From the human T2T-CHM13v2.0 reference genome, Homo sapiens, in NCBI RefSeq assembly GCF_009914755.1, contig NC_060925.1: a stretch of DNA of 64,000 bases; one strand, written 5' to 3'. Positions 1 through 14,440 of the stretch are shown here, piece after piece. Numbering within the stretch: position 1 is the first letter of the stretch; each line of letters starts with the position of its first letter. Both the position numbers and the translations under genes were made by a program. A model generated the notes under the pieces. It searched no databases, was not told where the DNA came from, and saw only the letters and a list, made by a program, of their open reading frames with translations.

Positions 1-788
1 TAATAAACTGTTTTGATATTAACATGTTTTAATTTGTATAGCACTTTATATTCAAGACATTTTACACATGTATTTCTGATTTGACACTTATTTGTTAAAT
101 GCTTTATTTTATCTGGCTCATAGTAGAAGACTATTACAGTGACCTGCAGAAAAAAATATTGACTCTGGGCAACTAGTGAGATTTACAACTTTACTATTAA
201 ATAAGCTTTTTTATTACAACTCTTTTGAAACCAAACATATTGAGATCATTTCCTTTCGTAGGGCTTAAATATGTATTTCCCACCTTATTTTCCTGTTCCA
301 TCTACTCATATTGTTGTTAACTAAATGTTAACCATTTAAATAAGTTTCCCTTCTTTCTCTCTTAATCAGAAGAGAGGGGAACCATGCTCAGATCAAATAG
401 GAATGTCTGTTTACACTTTTGTAATCAGTCACTTTATTATGTTAATTCTAGTTCTACCTATGTTGTAATTTTAATAGAATTCTTCAAGACTCTCCAGGTA
501 GGGTATCATTAATACTGCTAATTTAATCCTCTTAAAATATTTGCCAGGAAAGGTATTTCTACAGTTTTTATCATGTGTTCCAACCCTAAGTATCTAAATT
601 TTTATTATGACCAAATTTTATTATGACCAATAATGATCTTTCCATATTTGTGTTAATGATAAAATATTCCTGTTTGTAGCTTATACATATATACATATTT
701 TTTCTAACCTATAATGCTTTTAGAAGTTATCCTAAAATCCAACTTGATATTCATATGATAAACAGAATTCAGAAATTAAGAATTTTTA

Positions 789-1076
<288 letters not shown>

Positions 1077-1137
1077 GAATTTAAAAAGGAATTTAAAAGA
1101 ATTTAAAAAGGAATTTAAAAGAATTTAAAAAGGAATT
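1077..1137 (+). repeat. 22-bp tandem repeat (gaatttaaaaaggaatttaaaa) x~2.8
   Basis: Copies start at 1077, 1099 and 1121. Confidence 0.9.
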
Positions 1138-2316
1138 AGATTATTCTAGGTGTATCTTTTTTCCTTGTAAAATGGAATGATGGTTAGCTGTTTTCAAAAA
1201 ACAAGACATTTAAATTATAGTACAAAACACCTTTTTAAAGTGTGTAGAGGCTAGAAGCATGGTATACAGTATTTGCATTTTAATTATAAGCCACCTCTTA
1301 AATATATTCATTTCCTAGTCATTACTGCTTAAAAAAAAATGCTTCCCAACTAAAATTTATGCTACTTTAGGATAAACAAAATTTTTTCCGATTGTATAAA
1401 GATGTCAACTTTAGTTATTTTTTATATAATTATTTTTTATATTTAGTTATTTTTTATAATTACTACCTTTTAATATAAAACAGAAAATGACAGAACTATG
1501 TTCAGGTGGCTTATGCTTATAGTAAAAGTTACCTTTTCTTGTAGTTCATTCACCTTTTTAAGATAAATGAAGTTGCAAGTCTAGAAATTGTCTTCTCTCT
1601 TGTACTAACAAAAAGATAGAAGGGTTTGTAAAGGAGAAAAAGTAGATTTGGCAGTTGATTAAAAATAAAAGGATGGTAACATAGTACATGAATGATCAAA
1701 AGGAAGTGGAACAAGGAGATGCATATCTTTTCATCTGAAAAGCACCCTTTTGCTTTAGGGATTATTTTTCTATTATAACAGACACCATAAGAACGGAGGT
1801 TCAAAAGTATAATTGTCAGCCCTCTGATACACTTACATTAAATAATTAATGATTCAAAATTTCCAGCATTTTTGTAATGGAATGTAACTTATAATGTGAT
1901 TTTGACTTTTAGCCCCTTCCATGTATACATCAGTCACTGTTCTGCTGCTATTGCTACCTTTTCTACCTCTTAATATGGAATTCTTGAAGAGATTTACAGG
2001 AAGTGGAAAGAAATACACGCTCCCAAATGGCTTGAGTTTAAAACATATGTCTTAATGATAGAAAAGAATCATATCCCTGGAGTTTCTAGATGTTATTGTA
2101 TTCCTATTATTTCAAAAATATATTTTTGAAAAATTAATGTTTCCCAGTTAAACTAAGTACATGTTCACTTTAAGAAATTTTGCTGTGAAAGCCAGAAAAA
2201 AAATCCTCTGAAATTTCACTACCCATAAGCAGCTTACCATGTTTCGTCTTTTGGATGTGTTTTTTTTTTTGTTTTTTTTTTTGTTTTTTTTTTTTTTTTG
2301 TGTAGTCCAAAATCAA

Positions 2317-2610
2317 TTTTTTTTTTTTGAGACAGAGTCTCACTTTGTCACCAAGGCTGGAGCACAGTGTCAGTATCTCGGCTCACTGCAACCTCCACCT
2401 CCTGGGTTTAAGTGATTCTTGTGCCTCATCCTCCTGAATAGCTGGGACTACAGGCATTCACCACCACACCCAGCTAATTTTTGTATTTTTAGTAGAAACT
2501 GGGTTTTACCATTTTGGCCAGGCTGGTCTCGAACTCCTGACTTCAAGTGGTCTGTCTGCCTTGGCCTTCCAAAGTGTTGGGATTACAGGCATGAGCCACC
2601 ATGCCTGGCC
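2317..2610 (-). mobile_element. Alu
   Basis: Reverse Alu with TSD ccaaaatcaa on both sides. Confidence 0.95.
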
Positions 2611-5600
2611 CCAAAATCAAATTTTAAAAAATTGTTTTAAACATACCAAAGGTAGCTATCCATGCTATCCTTTCTAGCTAAACATAAAAAAAAAAAAAAA
2701 AAAAAAAGATTCAGATTCCATTTTCACAGTTGGGAAATACCACATAAATTCTCCTGAAGTTACCACAATCTTACTAGCCAAAGATTAAAACAAAAAAATT
2801 GTATGGACAGACTCCACTAATTCAGAATGTCTGATAATTCAGATAATGGCTATGCTAAAGTCTCTACTGCTAATAAAAATATCTTTAGCAAGTTAAAAGT
2901 GTTAACAAGAAATGTTTAAAAAAGATGTTTTTGTGTTGGGTAATATAGATTCCTGGTTGGAATATGTGGGCTTTCATAAAATGTAATGATAACAGAATAT
3001 CCTAATGACTTATATTTTTATGTTAATTCCCAAATAAAACTTTACATATTAAAGATTATAAGATATCATCTGCCAGCATAGAAAGCCAAGTTGTTTCATT
3101 GTAACTTTCAAATGAAATTTAGAAATTTGACTGAAAACAATTTTTTTCTTCCTGGGAAACTTACTATTTGCCTGTTTATTCCACCAACCTTTGAAAACGA
3201 CCTCTTTTCCTAGAAGTGAGACTTTAACAACTATGGTTCAAGCATACCTTTTACATCTTCAGGAAGAGAGATTGACTTAATCATATTTAACTCCCTTCCT
3301 GAGAAAGTAATCAGATTTTATCAACTATGAAAAAATAATGGAGTGCCCTTCCCCCAGGGACAGACTGAAACTCGGGTAGCTCTGATGCCGTAAGTTGTTA
3401 AAGTTAGTTGCTGCTTATCACTACCACCTGCTAGTTGTTTCAGACGCCTCACTGGAGATTCTTTTAAAGGAGCAGTCTCATTGAGTCAGTTGGGGTTTCA
3501 CTAGAGTTTGCTTAGTTGCTAGCAACAGTATAGAGCTTAAGAGTTCCATCTTCTAACCAAAGTGCTCTTGAGCCATGCCGTTCTGAGTGTGAAGGTGATG
3601 AAGAATTCAGCCATATATATCTAATACCTCCTGTGGTTTAGGGAAGAACAATAGAATGAGGCTTTATAGGGAAGAAAAATCATATTTCCTTATTTCCTAA
3701 GCACTTCCTGTGTACTCAGCATTGTAGTAATGCTAGTGCTGCTTTGTATTTTCTAGGACAGTACTTTCCAACCTTTTTCACATCATGGTACACAGAGAAA
3801 ATTATGAAATTTGTCACAACACACTAGGGCAAGCAGATGAAGCTGCTCTTGTCCAAATGAGACTGCCAAGGAGCTCTAGCTATTCCAGACCCTGTCCAGC
3901 CATCCTTCAGGATGAGGGGATTAGAACAAATGTGGATGAGAACAGGATGAGAACAAATGTGCCTAGATATTTGTTGGAATATCTAGGTTGGAATATCTGA
4001 GGTTGGAATCCTCAGCCAAACTACAGAAGTCTACAGTGTGGTCTGAGCTTTAAGAGTTTAGACTGGCATACATGAGTTAATTATAAGCATATTATAGTTA
4101 ATTATAAGCATACCTGGGTGAGTTAGAAAAAGTTGTTGACATTGAACATCTCTAGAAACACTAAAGCTCTTACAGGAAGTAGTTTTGAGTTTAAGGTGTA
4201 TAATTTTACAAATGTAACAATATTGATGACAAGGTAAAGTCCATTGAACAAGGGAAAATTAAGAAGTGGAAGATCAAAAGGAGTATAGTCAGAAGAAGGG
4301 GCACTTATTTAATGGAATCAGACTTGGGGACAACTTAGAGTTTTGGAATATATTTTGCTAAATAAGTGTTCTGAGGTTTATAATATCTTTAGACTTGGAG
4401 TCAGAGTTAGTTTTAATGTGACTTCTTCCTAGGAATACAGTCTAATCCTAGACTTATTTAAGGTTTTCACTTCTAAACTCGTGTATTCAGTAGGTTTGGC
4501 CATTGCTAGAATGTAAATTAAGCGTCCCTTATGAAAATTAGTAACTGATAGAACACTATATTTGGTTTCTAATTAGTAGTTATTCTTCACTGCAGCAAAC
4601 TCAAATTTAGAATTTAGAAATGGCACAGAGACTCACCCTTATAAGAGTTGCTATTTTCTAAAATGTAAAAGTAGTAGAGAAGTACTTGAATATATAACAG
4701 TAACTCCTGTGAAATAACCTTGGATTTTTATTACCAAATAAACTCTCAGTGGAATCTAGTCACTATTAGAATTTATACTTAACTGTGAAGTTCAAACTGG
4801 AAATCAACCTCATGGGTTTAAAGGGAGTATAAATTCATTTATGCTGATAAAACATTATAAACGATGTCTATCATTGTTACTTTATTGTCATGTACATGTA
4901 TTTTCCTTTGAGAACACAGCAAATGAGCATAGCTTACAAACCCAAAACTCTACCTTAAAAATGGGATATAATTAGAGGATAATAATGTCAGACCTCCTGT
5001 CCAGAATGCTCTTAAAGGAATTCCCCTTAGAGTCAAGCCCAGCTAGTTTAATGTAGTCAGAAATGCTTATTTCCAAATTCTCAATTTAAAATAAAGCAGA
5101 ATTTAAAAGTGGGATTGTTACATCATGATAGTGCTTTAGGGTAATTGAGTATTTCATATTAATTGGTATTGGTAAGAATAGCATTTCTGCTGGGTATTAA
5201 CATATCCATATATTATTCTCTCATCTGTGATCATATACATGTTATTAATTTAAGCCCCCATATTTTTGTCTCCTTTCTCATCTCTTTCATTAGTGAGTTA
5301 CTGTTTTCTGGTATTTTTTAAAGCAGTTATCAAATTATAAAAATTTTCAGCAACTTTTCTATTTTGAGCTAAGTGCATCTCCTTCTAGAATGAGTCTGTG
5401 AACTTCTTTTAGAATTCCCTTAAGAGGAAATTATTATCTATTTAAAATTCTATAGTATAGTTAACAGTCTCAACTTCTTAAATCAATTATTACCCTTTAT
5501 TATAATGAAACTTCCTTAGTGTAAAGTTAGGTTCTCAATTAACAATAAATATCTCTTCTTAAGTTTAAGGTAGTGATGATGAGCACAAGTGCTCTTCAGG

Positions 5601-6320
5601 TAGTCATTACTGTTACCTTATTCTTTAAGCTATCATCTTTCATCCATTCAGTCTTTAAAACTACTAGATGAGTTAAAATCCAACTGACTCTGAAAAAAAA
5701 TCTTCTCTTTTTTCAAAATCCACCAACTTGTGATGATTCTCCTGCTTTTCATGTTTAAGTTCTTATCTAATTTCAATTTGTTGGTACCCTGGTGCTATAG
5801 GCAAGTATTCATGTTGAAGTTAGTATTAAGACCAAAATTATAATGCTTTTCTTAATGGGGGAACCCTAAGGCTACTCACTCAGTCCATTGAGGGGATAAG
5901 AGAGATGGCTCATTCCCATCCAGTTTTGTTTACAAACGATGTTGCTCAAATTTAGGTGACTGGCTACTAGGGAAATAAATGAATGTGGAATTGAGGATGG
6001 AACAAAGAATTCAATGCTTTACAATAAATGGACTGTATTTGAGAGTTCAAGAGAGGATTGGAGAAAATAACTGAGTATGTAAAAAATGGTAAGTTTCTGA
6101 TTGTTCAGTTGAAGGCAAGTGGCTGGCTCGATGAAATGACATAACTGATAGTTTTCATCTGTGACCCTGATATCTTAGCCTCTATCTCAGAATTGAGAAA
6201 TGAGCAGAGTTTATCAGAAAGGAATTTCATTGCTGGTATCTTTTGTGTGTGCATGATGTATAGTACACACAGCTCTCCTTATTGATCCTTCACAGGTGTA
6301 TTATTTACTTTGCCTTCCAG

Positions 6321-6562
6321 GTGTCCGCAAATATGGTAAAGATTTTCAAGCTATTGCAGATGTAATTGGCAACAAGACTGTTGGCCAAGTGAAGAACTTC
6401 TTTGTAAACTACAGGCGTCGGTTTAACTTAGAGGAGGTATTGCAGGAGTGGGAAGCAGAACAAGGAACCCAGGCTTCTAATGGTGATGCTTCTACTTTAG
6501 GGGAGGAGACAAAAAGTGCTTCTAATGTGCCATCAGGGAAGAGCACTGATGAAGAAGAGGAG
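6321..6562 (+). CDS. RCOR3: RCOR3 penultimate coding exon (C-terminal part of SANT2 plus acidic linker)
   Basis: Acceptor ttgccttccag|G at 6320/6321 and donor GAG|gtgtgt at 6562/6563. Translates (G)[47 protein letters not shown]...STDEEEE, a CoREST SANT2 signature. 242 nt, phase 1 to phase 0. Confidence 0.96.
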
Positions 6563-6811
6563 GTGTGTTTGTGTATGGAATTTGAGCTAATATGAGTTGA
6601 GGAATCACCATTTTGTGTGGTATTCTGTAAGGTTAATTTGTCAAGAGGACTAGCTAAATTGAGCATGAAAGGTTGACAATACACTTCTTCAGTGGTGCAT
6701 CTCTCGTGACTCTTAAGTCATAATGACATGCTAAGTTCTGATTCTAGAAGAATGGAGAGTGTATTGTTCTTTCATAGTCTTATTTTTATTTTCAGTGTTA
6801 AGCTGTTTACA

Positions 6812-6945
6812 AATAAAGATGCCTGTTTGGTAGCCTCATTGGTTTTTGGTTTTTGGTTTTGTTTTGTTTAAAATAAAAGAAGCTTGTGCTTCCAATAAAC
6901 ACTGGTGTTATGTTTTTGTTTTGTTTTGATTTGTTTTGTTTTTCC
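6812..6945 (+). terminator. Intronic polyadenylation signal cluster in the last RCOR3 intron
   Basis: AATAAA at 6812, 6872 and 6894, with GU/U-rich tracts at 6841-6870 and 6911-6945. Confidence 0.55.
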
Positions 6946-7024
6946 TGTGACAGCCCAAACTATATTGTATTAAGTTCATTAGGACTTACATCTCATACGT
7001 GTATTTTTGTTTCCTCACCTCTAG

Positions 7025-7369
7025 GCACAGACCCCACAGGCTCCTCGGACACTGGGTCCATCACCTCCTGCCCCATCATCCACTCCAACACCAACAGCCC
7101 CTATTGCCACTCTGAACCAGCCTCCACCACTTCTTCGTCCAACACTGCCTGCTGCCCCGGCTCTTCACCGGCAGCCTCCTCCACTCCAGCAGCAGGCTCG
7201 GTTCATCCAGCCCCGGCCAACTTTAAATCAGCCTCCACCACCTCTTATTCGCCCTGCTAATTCCATGCCACCCCGTCTAAACCCAAGACCGGTGTTGTCC
7301 ACGGTTGGTGGTCAACAGCCACCATCACTTATTGGAATTCAGACAGATTCACAGTCCTCACTGCACTAA
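7025..7369 (+). CDS. RCOR3: RCOR3 last coding exon (Pro-rich C-terminal tail, 114 aa + TAA)
   Basis: Acceptor cctcacctctag|GCA. In frame with the previous exon: [17 protein letters not shown]...[12 protein letters not shown]...QTDSQSSLH*, with TAA at 7367-7369. Confidence 0.95.
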   Translation, partial: AQTPQAPRTLGPSPPAPSSTPTPTAPIATLNQPPPLLRPTLPAAPALHRQPPPLQQQARFIQPRPTLNQPPPPLIRPANSMPPRLNPRPVLSTVGGQQPPSLIGIQTDSQSSLH

Positions 7370-9990
7370 AAATTAAATTGGACACAGCTGCAGTAACTTT
7401 TCACCCCATCATTATACCAGTGCTCATCTGACTGATGAAAAAGAGGAAAGAATAATCATTTCTAGATACTGAGGCTGCGAACTAGTTCTGTGGCAGTGGA
7501 CTAGCATAAGTGGATGTCTAAGAAATTTTTCAGTTCACTAGACTAAAATGTTTTACAACAAAAAGCCTCCAGTTAGCCTCCTTTCTAGAGTATATGTTCA
7601 GCAATGTTGATCTCATAAAAGGAAAAACAAAAGATTTAAGTATTCTATATACCAAGTTTTTGTTTTGTTTTTACTGTATTTATTTTATTGAGGTTCTTTA
7701 TATTCCTGCCTCTTCATAGTCAAGGCTCTTAGTACAGGAATATTGACTTAGGAATTGTGAAAACTCCTTAAGTTTCTTAAGTTAAGGATGTTTGGCTTTT
7801 TTCTTTAATTTTTTAAAAACCATTTTCCTATGTTAGGAGTGCAAGAATAGCCAGCATTTCCGATTTTGACATATGTTCATTTTATGCATATTTAAGAAAT
7901 TATAGCTGCATATCCCTTCTTTCAAAAAATGTTGCTTTTTTTTTTAAAGGAATTTTAATATATTCCTTTAAAAGAAAGCAATTTAATCAATTGCAAAGCA
8001 ATTATATAAAACCACAAAGAATGTACTGAACCTACTAACCCTTTAACATACAGTTTAGGGTCCTAGCGCAGAGTCCTTGTTTAAAGGTCATTGACTCATC
8101 ATCTGTCAGTAATGAGAGGATTGGAAGAATAATTTTGCATACAAATGAGGACTTAATTTGTTGAAATATAATCTCTTTAAGTTCCTTGAAAATGGAGTTG
8201 GTTTTTTTTGTTTCTAAATGCTATCTGCTTTTAACTAGTAGTTGCCTACATCTGGGGACTTCAGAGAAGAATTATATTTTGTTAGTTAAGTAGACACAGT
8301 GGTTATGGAAGCATTTCTTTACAGTACCCTTTACGTGTTTGGTTTCTGAACTTAAAATTGCCCTCATACTTAATAATATGGTCTGCATTTAATATGAAAG
8401 GTGTTTTATTGATAAATCTATTGTACTATTTGGATACATTTGTGTATTCCTTGCAGCCAACCTGTATTCGTGGGATTGGTGTAGGGTTAAATCATCAACA
8501 TTATTTCATAAAATAAGAATTTGTTCTGTGTTATCTAAAGATGTATCAGTATATTGTCACAGTTGTGCTGTTAACTAAAAATGCTGAGACCCCTTTTTAT
8601 AGAAAAACAAAAAGACATCAAGTCTTCTTAATTCAACCCATAATCATTAAGTACTTAACAAAGAATATTTTACAAGTGATAGTATTTCAACAATGTGTAA
8701 TTAATATTTTTGATACAGTGATTTCATATTGGAATCATTATTTGTGCAAAGGGACAGACAGATCACTTAGATTGCTATACTAGTGGACATAGGCTAAATG
8801 TTTGCACATTCACATTCTTATCACGTGTAGAATACTTCACAAAATAGTCAACATCTAAGGCCCTAATTTATGTTTTGAAAGATCATGTGTTCCCAAAGTA
8901 TTCCCTATTGTTGGCTCCACAGCCTTAAAGTGCTATAGATTTAAATTCATTGATTAGTTTTAATTTTTAATTTTAGACTGTGTATTTCCATAAATACCCT
9001 ACGTACTGGCATATTTGAAACTCTTTTTCCAGGTTAGGTCCTTTTCTTTCTCATTGAATCATCTTAAATAGTTCTTGGCCCTGAATTTAGCTGATTTAAA
9101 ATTCTTAATATTCAAGAATTTATACTTATTTTTTCCTTAAAAGCCACAGGGGACAGTTAAATATCTTAAAATATCTAAAACATTTTTTAAAGCACTTAGA
9201 TTGTCTTACGTATGTGCATACTATACCTTTACAGCGTTTATTGTCTTGTCTCTTGTCAGTAGACCTTCAGTACACAGTATGTGGGATATGTCAGTCAAGT
9301 TGGTCAGCACCAGCATCTGTCCAGCTGTTCAGTATATTGTGATTCATTAAAAAATCTCTTCTATCCCAGACATGGGCCAAGGTGCTGTATCTGAGGGATG
9401 TGCTGTAATTTGATTTACATGCATTAGAGCACACAGTAGAAAAACGTTAGCTTCATTAGTAATATGACACATGTATATAGTGAGATGTCTTTATTGTGTG
9501 CTTTGCATATTTTGTAAATATTTTGCACGTCATTATTTTTCTTTTTTGTTTAAGCAGTGTTTGGCCTGGAAGAGTGATATGCTTGCTGCTTAATCAAAGG
9601 ATTAAAGATTTAAAGATGTCTATGTCTTCTATTTTTATATAATTTCATGTTCTATGAGGAATTTAGTACCTCTTCACTGTGAAATTCGAAATAATGATTT
9701 TTATAAAAGCAAAACTAGAAATCTTTTAATGACAATTTTCATTAATTTCAGGGTTATCATTTTTGAGAAATCTACACCAAAGTGGTTTTTTAAAATTACA
9801 TAACTAAAAATAAACCACACTGTGGATACATCTTATAAAACTAATGGAAACAATGTTTTTCTATATGATTTAATTCTAGTGTAATATGGATGAGGTAAGA
9901 GTAAGTTATGATCAAACTTTTTATGTTCTTAATAAGCTTGCAATTGAGTAAAATAGAATATAAAATAAAGGTGAAATAATATAAAATTTT
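7370..9990 (+). other. RCOR3: RCOR3 3'UTR (AU-rich; end approximate)
   Basis: AT-rich stretch after the stop with no recognisable interspersed repeat. AATAAA at 9809-9814 and 9964-9969; transposons resume at 10086. Confidence 0.8.
9964..9969 (+). terminator. Probable distal RCOR3 polyadenylation signal
   Basis: AATAAA followed by U/GU-rich sequence (ttttgtcttaatgt). Confidence 0.7.
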
Positions 9991-10085
9991 GTCTTAATGT
10001 AGGCCTACATTCTTTTTAGGAATAGATGTAGAGAGCAAGCCAAGAACGTGACTATCATTTTTAAGAATATTAAAAATTGCAAGTA

Positions 10086-10715
<630 letters not shown>

Positions 10716-12409
10716 TACTTGGGTTAAAGTACCTAGTTTAGTTATTAAGTATGTTGTATTAATTTTATGTTCCCTCCTGTTATCAAAAGGTTATTTATGA
10801 ACATTAATAACTGCTAACTAGTTAACACTGGGGTGTCAGGATCTCCTCAAAAAGAATAGTAATCTGACTTCGAACTCTAAGAAGAATCTATCTTTCTCTT
10901 TGTGCATGCCCAAAATAAATGACAAATACATTCTTATTAGAGGACACACAAGAAAAAAGTGTTTTTAAATTTAGCCATTCATTATAGATTACATCGTTTA
11001 TAAGAAAATAACAGAATAAATGAATACGGAAAGAACCCAAGAATCAAGTTTGAGAAACCATTCCATATTAGAAAATGCCTACAAGAAACTTTTGACATCT
11101 GATTTATGGTAGTACCTGAACTGTTTTCACCTAGGAAAGAGTAGGTCATGTGTAACTCCCCACAACTTCTTTATCATAACTGCCTTAGGGAAGGAATGTT
11201 CTGCAGCAGTATATTAGTGACAATGGAGTTTGAGAATTAAACATGACAAGGAATGCTCCTAGATGTGTGAGTTTGTGTCTAAAGGGCCATGTGGCTTTAT
11301 CTGCCCTTTTTTGCTCTCCTAAGTCTATATAGCTAAGGGAGAAACAGTGAAGATCAGAAGTTAATATTGGGTTGAGATGTTTGCCAATTGTCATTACTTG
11401 GTTTAAAGTGGACAATTGTTTATTAATAAACGGAACAGTCTTTACAATGCAGTAATCTAAACTTTAGAATCCTAAAGCAGGAATCTGGGTGAGCAGGGTC
11501 TCTAAGGAAAAAATGCTGGTGATGTGAAGTGGAGAGATCTAGGAACAGTCTTCACAATGTAAATGAGGTCAAAGTTGATGTCACAGAATGCTTCATACGT
11601 TTCCTTCCCTTGGACTATTTTAAGAAAGGTGAAATTTTTATTCTGTACAATTTAATCTTATTTGTAAGGTACAGTTACCAATAACTAAGAAGATGCTGAA
11701 TAATACCACAACACAAGGTATCTCTTGAGGGATCTGTCTAGTTTACTACCTGGAACAGCTTTCTTATTTGACAGGATTTGGCTTGAAGAGGCCTTTAATC
11801 CAAAGACCATTTTGTTGATATCCTGCCTCTTCATCTTTTCCAAAAGAGTTTGAAAATAATCAGAATCATTGAGGGCTTGTGGCCTATATTTGCAAAATAA
11901 TTGCCCACCAACCTTTAACACAATGAGTTTTCCAACTCCACTAAGCAAGTTACTTAATCTCTGTGAGCCTCATTTTCCTCATTTGGGGAGGAATATATAA
12001 ACTGGGGCATATAGTACCTGCCCAATGTATGTTAGAGGTTTTTACATGTCTACTTATACCATACCCTTCTTAATAAGGGAAATGTATTGTGACTTTTTTT
12101 TTTTTTTTTTTTTTTTTTTGGACAGAGTCTCGTTCTGTCACCCAGGCTGGAGTGCAATGGCGCAATCTCAGCTCATTTTTTTAAAAAAATTAAAGTGCAG
12201 TGCAAAAATGAGAGATTAATTTCAGTTCAAGATGACAGACTGGACATAGTCTTTTACTTTTCTTACCCATAATCTCCCCCTGCCAGTCTTACTGAAATGA
12301 CAAGAAATAGAAAAACCAAAATAACCCTTAGCAGTGCTAGGAAGCCAGAGGAGGAGCTACCAGCAGATGGGGATACATTTATGACAAAAGCCAGCAGAAT
12401 TAAGGAACC

Positions 12410-12595
12410 TCTAATGTGACAAAGAGCTGAAGCCAGCCTTTTGCTAACAGCCAGCAAAGAACTCAGGCCTTCAGTTCAACAACCTGCCAGGAACTGAATC
12501 CTGCCAACATCCATGTGCACTTGAAAATGGATCCTTCCCCAGTTGGGTCTTGAGATGACCAGAACCCAGCTAACAGCTTGATTGCAGCCTATGAC
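12410..12595 (+). mobile_element. MLT1-type MaLR LTR fragment
   Basis: acagccagcaaagaactcagg...ggaactgaatcctgccaaca...cagcttgattgcagcct resembles MLT1. Confidence 0.65.
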
Positions 12596-12679
12596 TTGAA
12601 TAACACACCTTTACCTAGTTGAAATGTGGGATCATTCTACCCAACAGCAGAATAAACATTGTTTCCATGTGCACATGAA

Positions 12680-12880
12680 ATATTGCTCAATATCAGCACT
12701 ACTGACATTTTAGGTTAGATAATTCTTTTTTGTGCATTTAGAATGTTGAACAGCATCCTCAGCCTCTACCCACCAGATACCAGTAGAACCCCCTTCCCCA
12801 GTTTGAGAATCAAAAATGTCTCCAGACATGGTCAAATGTCCCATAAGGAGCAAAATCACCTCCAGTTGAGAATCATTGCA
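12680..12880. mobile_element. MER20-like hAT element
   Basis: cagcactactgacatttt...aaaaatgtctccagaca...gcaaaatcacctccagttgagaa. Confidence 0.75.
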
Positions 12881-13554
12881 ATATATCATATTAATAAAAT
12901 AAAGGAAAAAAGCCATATGATTATGTTGATAGACACAGAAAAGATATTTGACAAAATCCAACACCTATTCATGATTAAAACTTAGAAAACTAGGAATGCT
13001 TCCCCTCAGGATGGAAATCAAGGCAAGGATGTCTGCACTCACAACTCTATTCAGTGGTTTACTGAAGGTTATAGCCAGTGCAATAGGCAAGAAAAAAGTA
13101 TAGAGATTGGAAAGGAAAAACTAAAATTGTTTTTATGTGCAGATGACATGAAATTGTATGTAAAAAATCCCAAGAAACCTGCAAAAACTAGAATAGTAAG
13201 CAAGCTTAAGAAAATCAGAGGATACAAGATCAATGTACAATCAATTGTATTTTCATATAATGGCAACAAGTGATCTGAGAATGGAATTAAGAAAATTTTA
13301 TTCATGATAGTATCAAAAAATAGGAATAAACAAAAATGTGCAAGACTTGTCCATGAAAAACTATATTGCTGAGAGAAATAAGACCTAAATAACTAACTGT
13401 TCATGGATTGGAAGATTGATATTGTTAAAATGGCATTTCTCCTCAAACTGATTTATAGATTCAATCTAATTCTTATAAAAATCCTAGCAGGCTTATTTTG
13501 CACAGACTGGCAAACTGATTTTGAAATTTATATGGTAATGCAAAGGACCTAGAA

Positions 13555-13740
13555 CAGGGGCCAGTAAACTTTTTCTATAAATAGCCAAATAGTAAATATA
13601 TTAGGCTTTGTGGTCCACAAACTGTTGCAACTCCTGGCCTCTACCATTTTAGTTCAAAAACAGCCAGAGAAAATACATAAATGGACAGATATAGCTATGT
13701 GTCAATAAAACTTTATTTACAAAAACAGGCAGCAACTCCT
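13555..13740. mobile_element. MER58A-like hAT element
   Basis: cagggg..aaactttttctataaa...aataaaactttatttacaaaaacaggc. Confidence 0.75.
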
Positions 13741-14076
13741 AACTTAAAATAGACAAAACAATTTTGAAGAAGAACAAAATTGGGTGATTGGCACTAACTG
13801 ATTTCCATATTTGTTATAAAGATGCAATAATCAAGATTGTGATATTGGTGTAATGATGGACATATAGATCAATGGAACAAAATAGAGTCCAGAAATAGAC
13901 TCATCCATATGTGATCAACTAATTTTCAATGAAAGTGTCAGTGTAATTCAATGGCAGAAGTGATAGAATATCTGCATGCAAAAAAAAAAACCTCCAATAA
14001 ACCTTGATCCTTCCCTCACATCATGCATAAAAATAAACATGAGATGGAACACAGACCTAAATATAAGAACAAAAAT

Positions 14077-14440
<364 letters not shown>

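Noticed and set aside
2259-2706. Orphan poly-T (2259-2299) and poly-A (2686-2706) tracts as a processed pseudogene
   Set aside because: No coding or UTR-like body and no clear TSD; treated as simple repeats.
3923-4009. Short tandem duplications (ggatgagaaca; gttggaatatct), also at 596-628 and 37528-37564
   Set aside because: Ordinary slippage products with 2-3 copies and no spacers.
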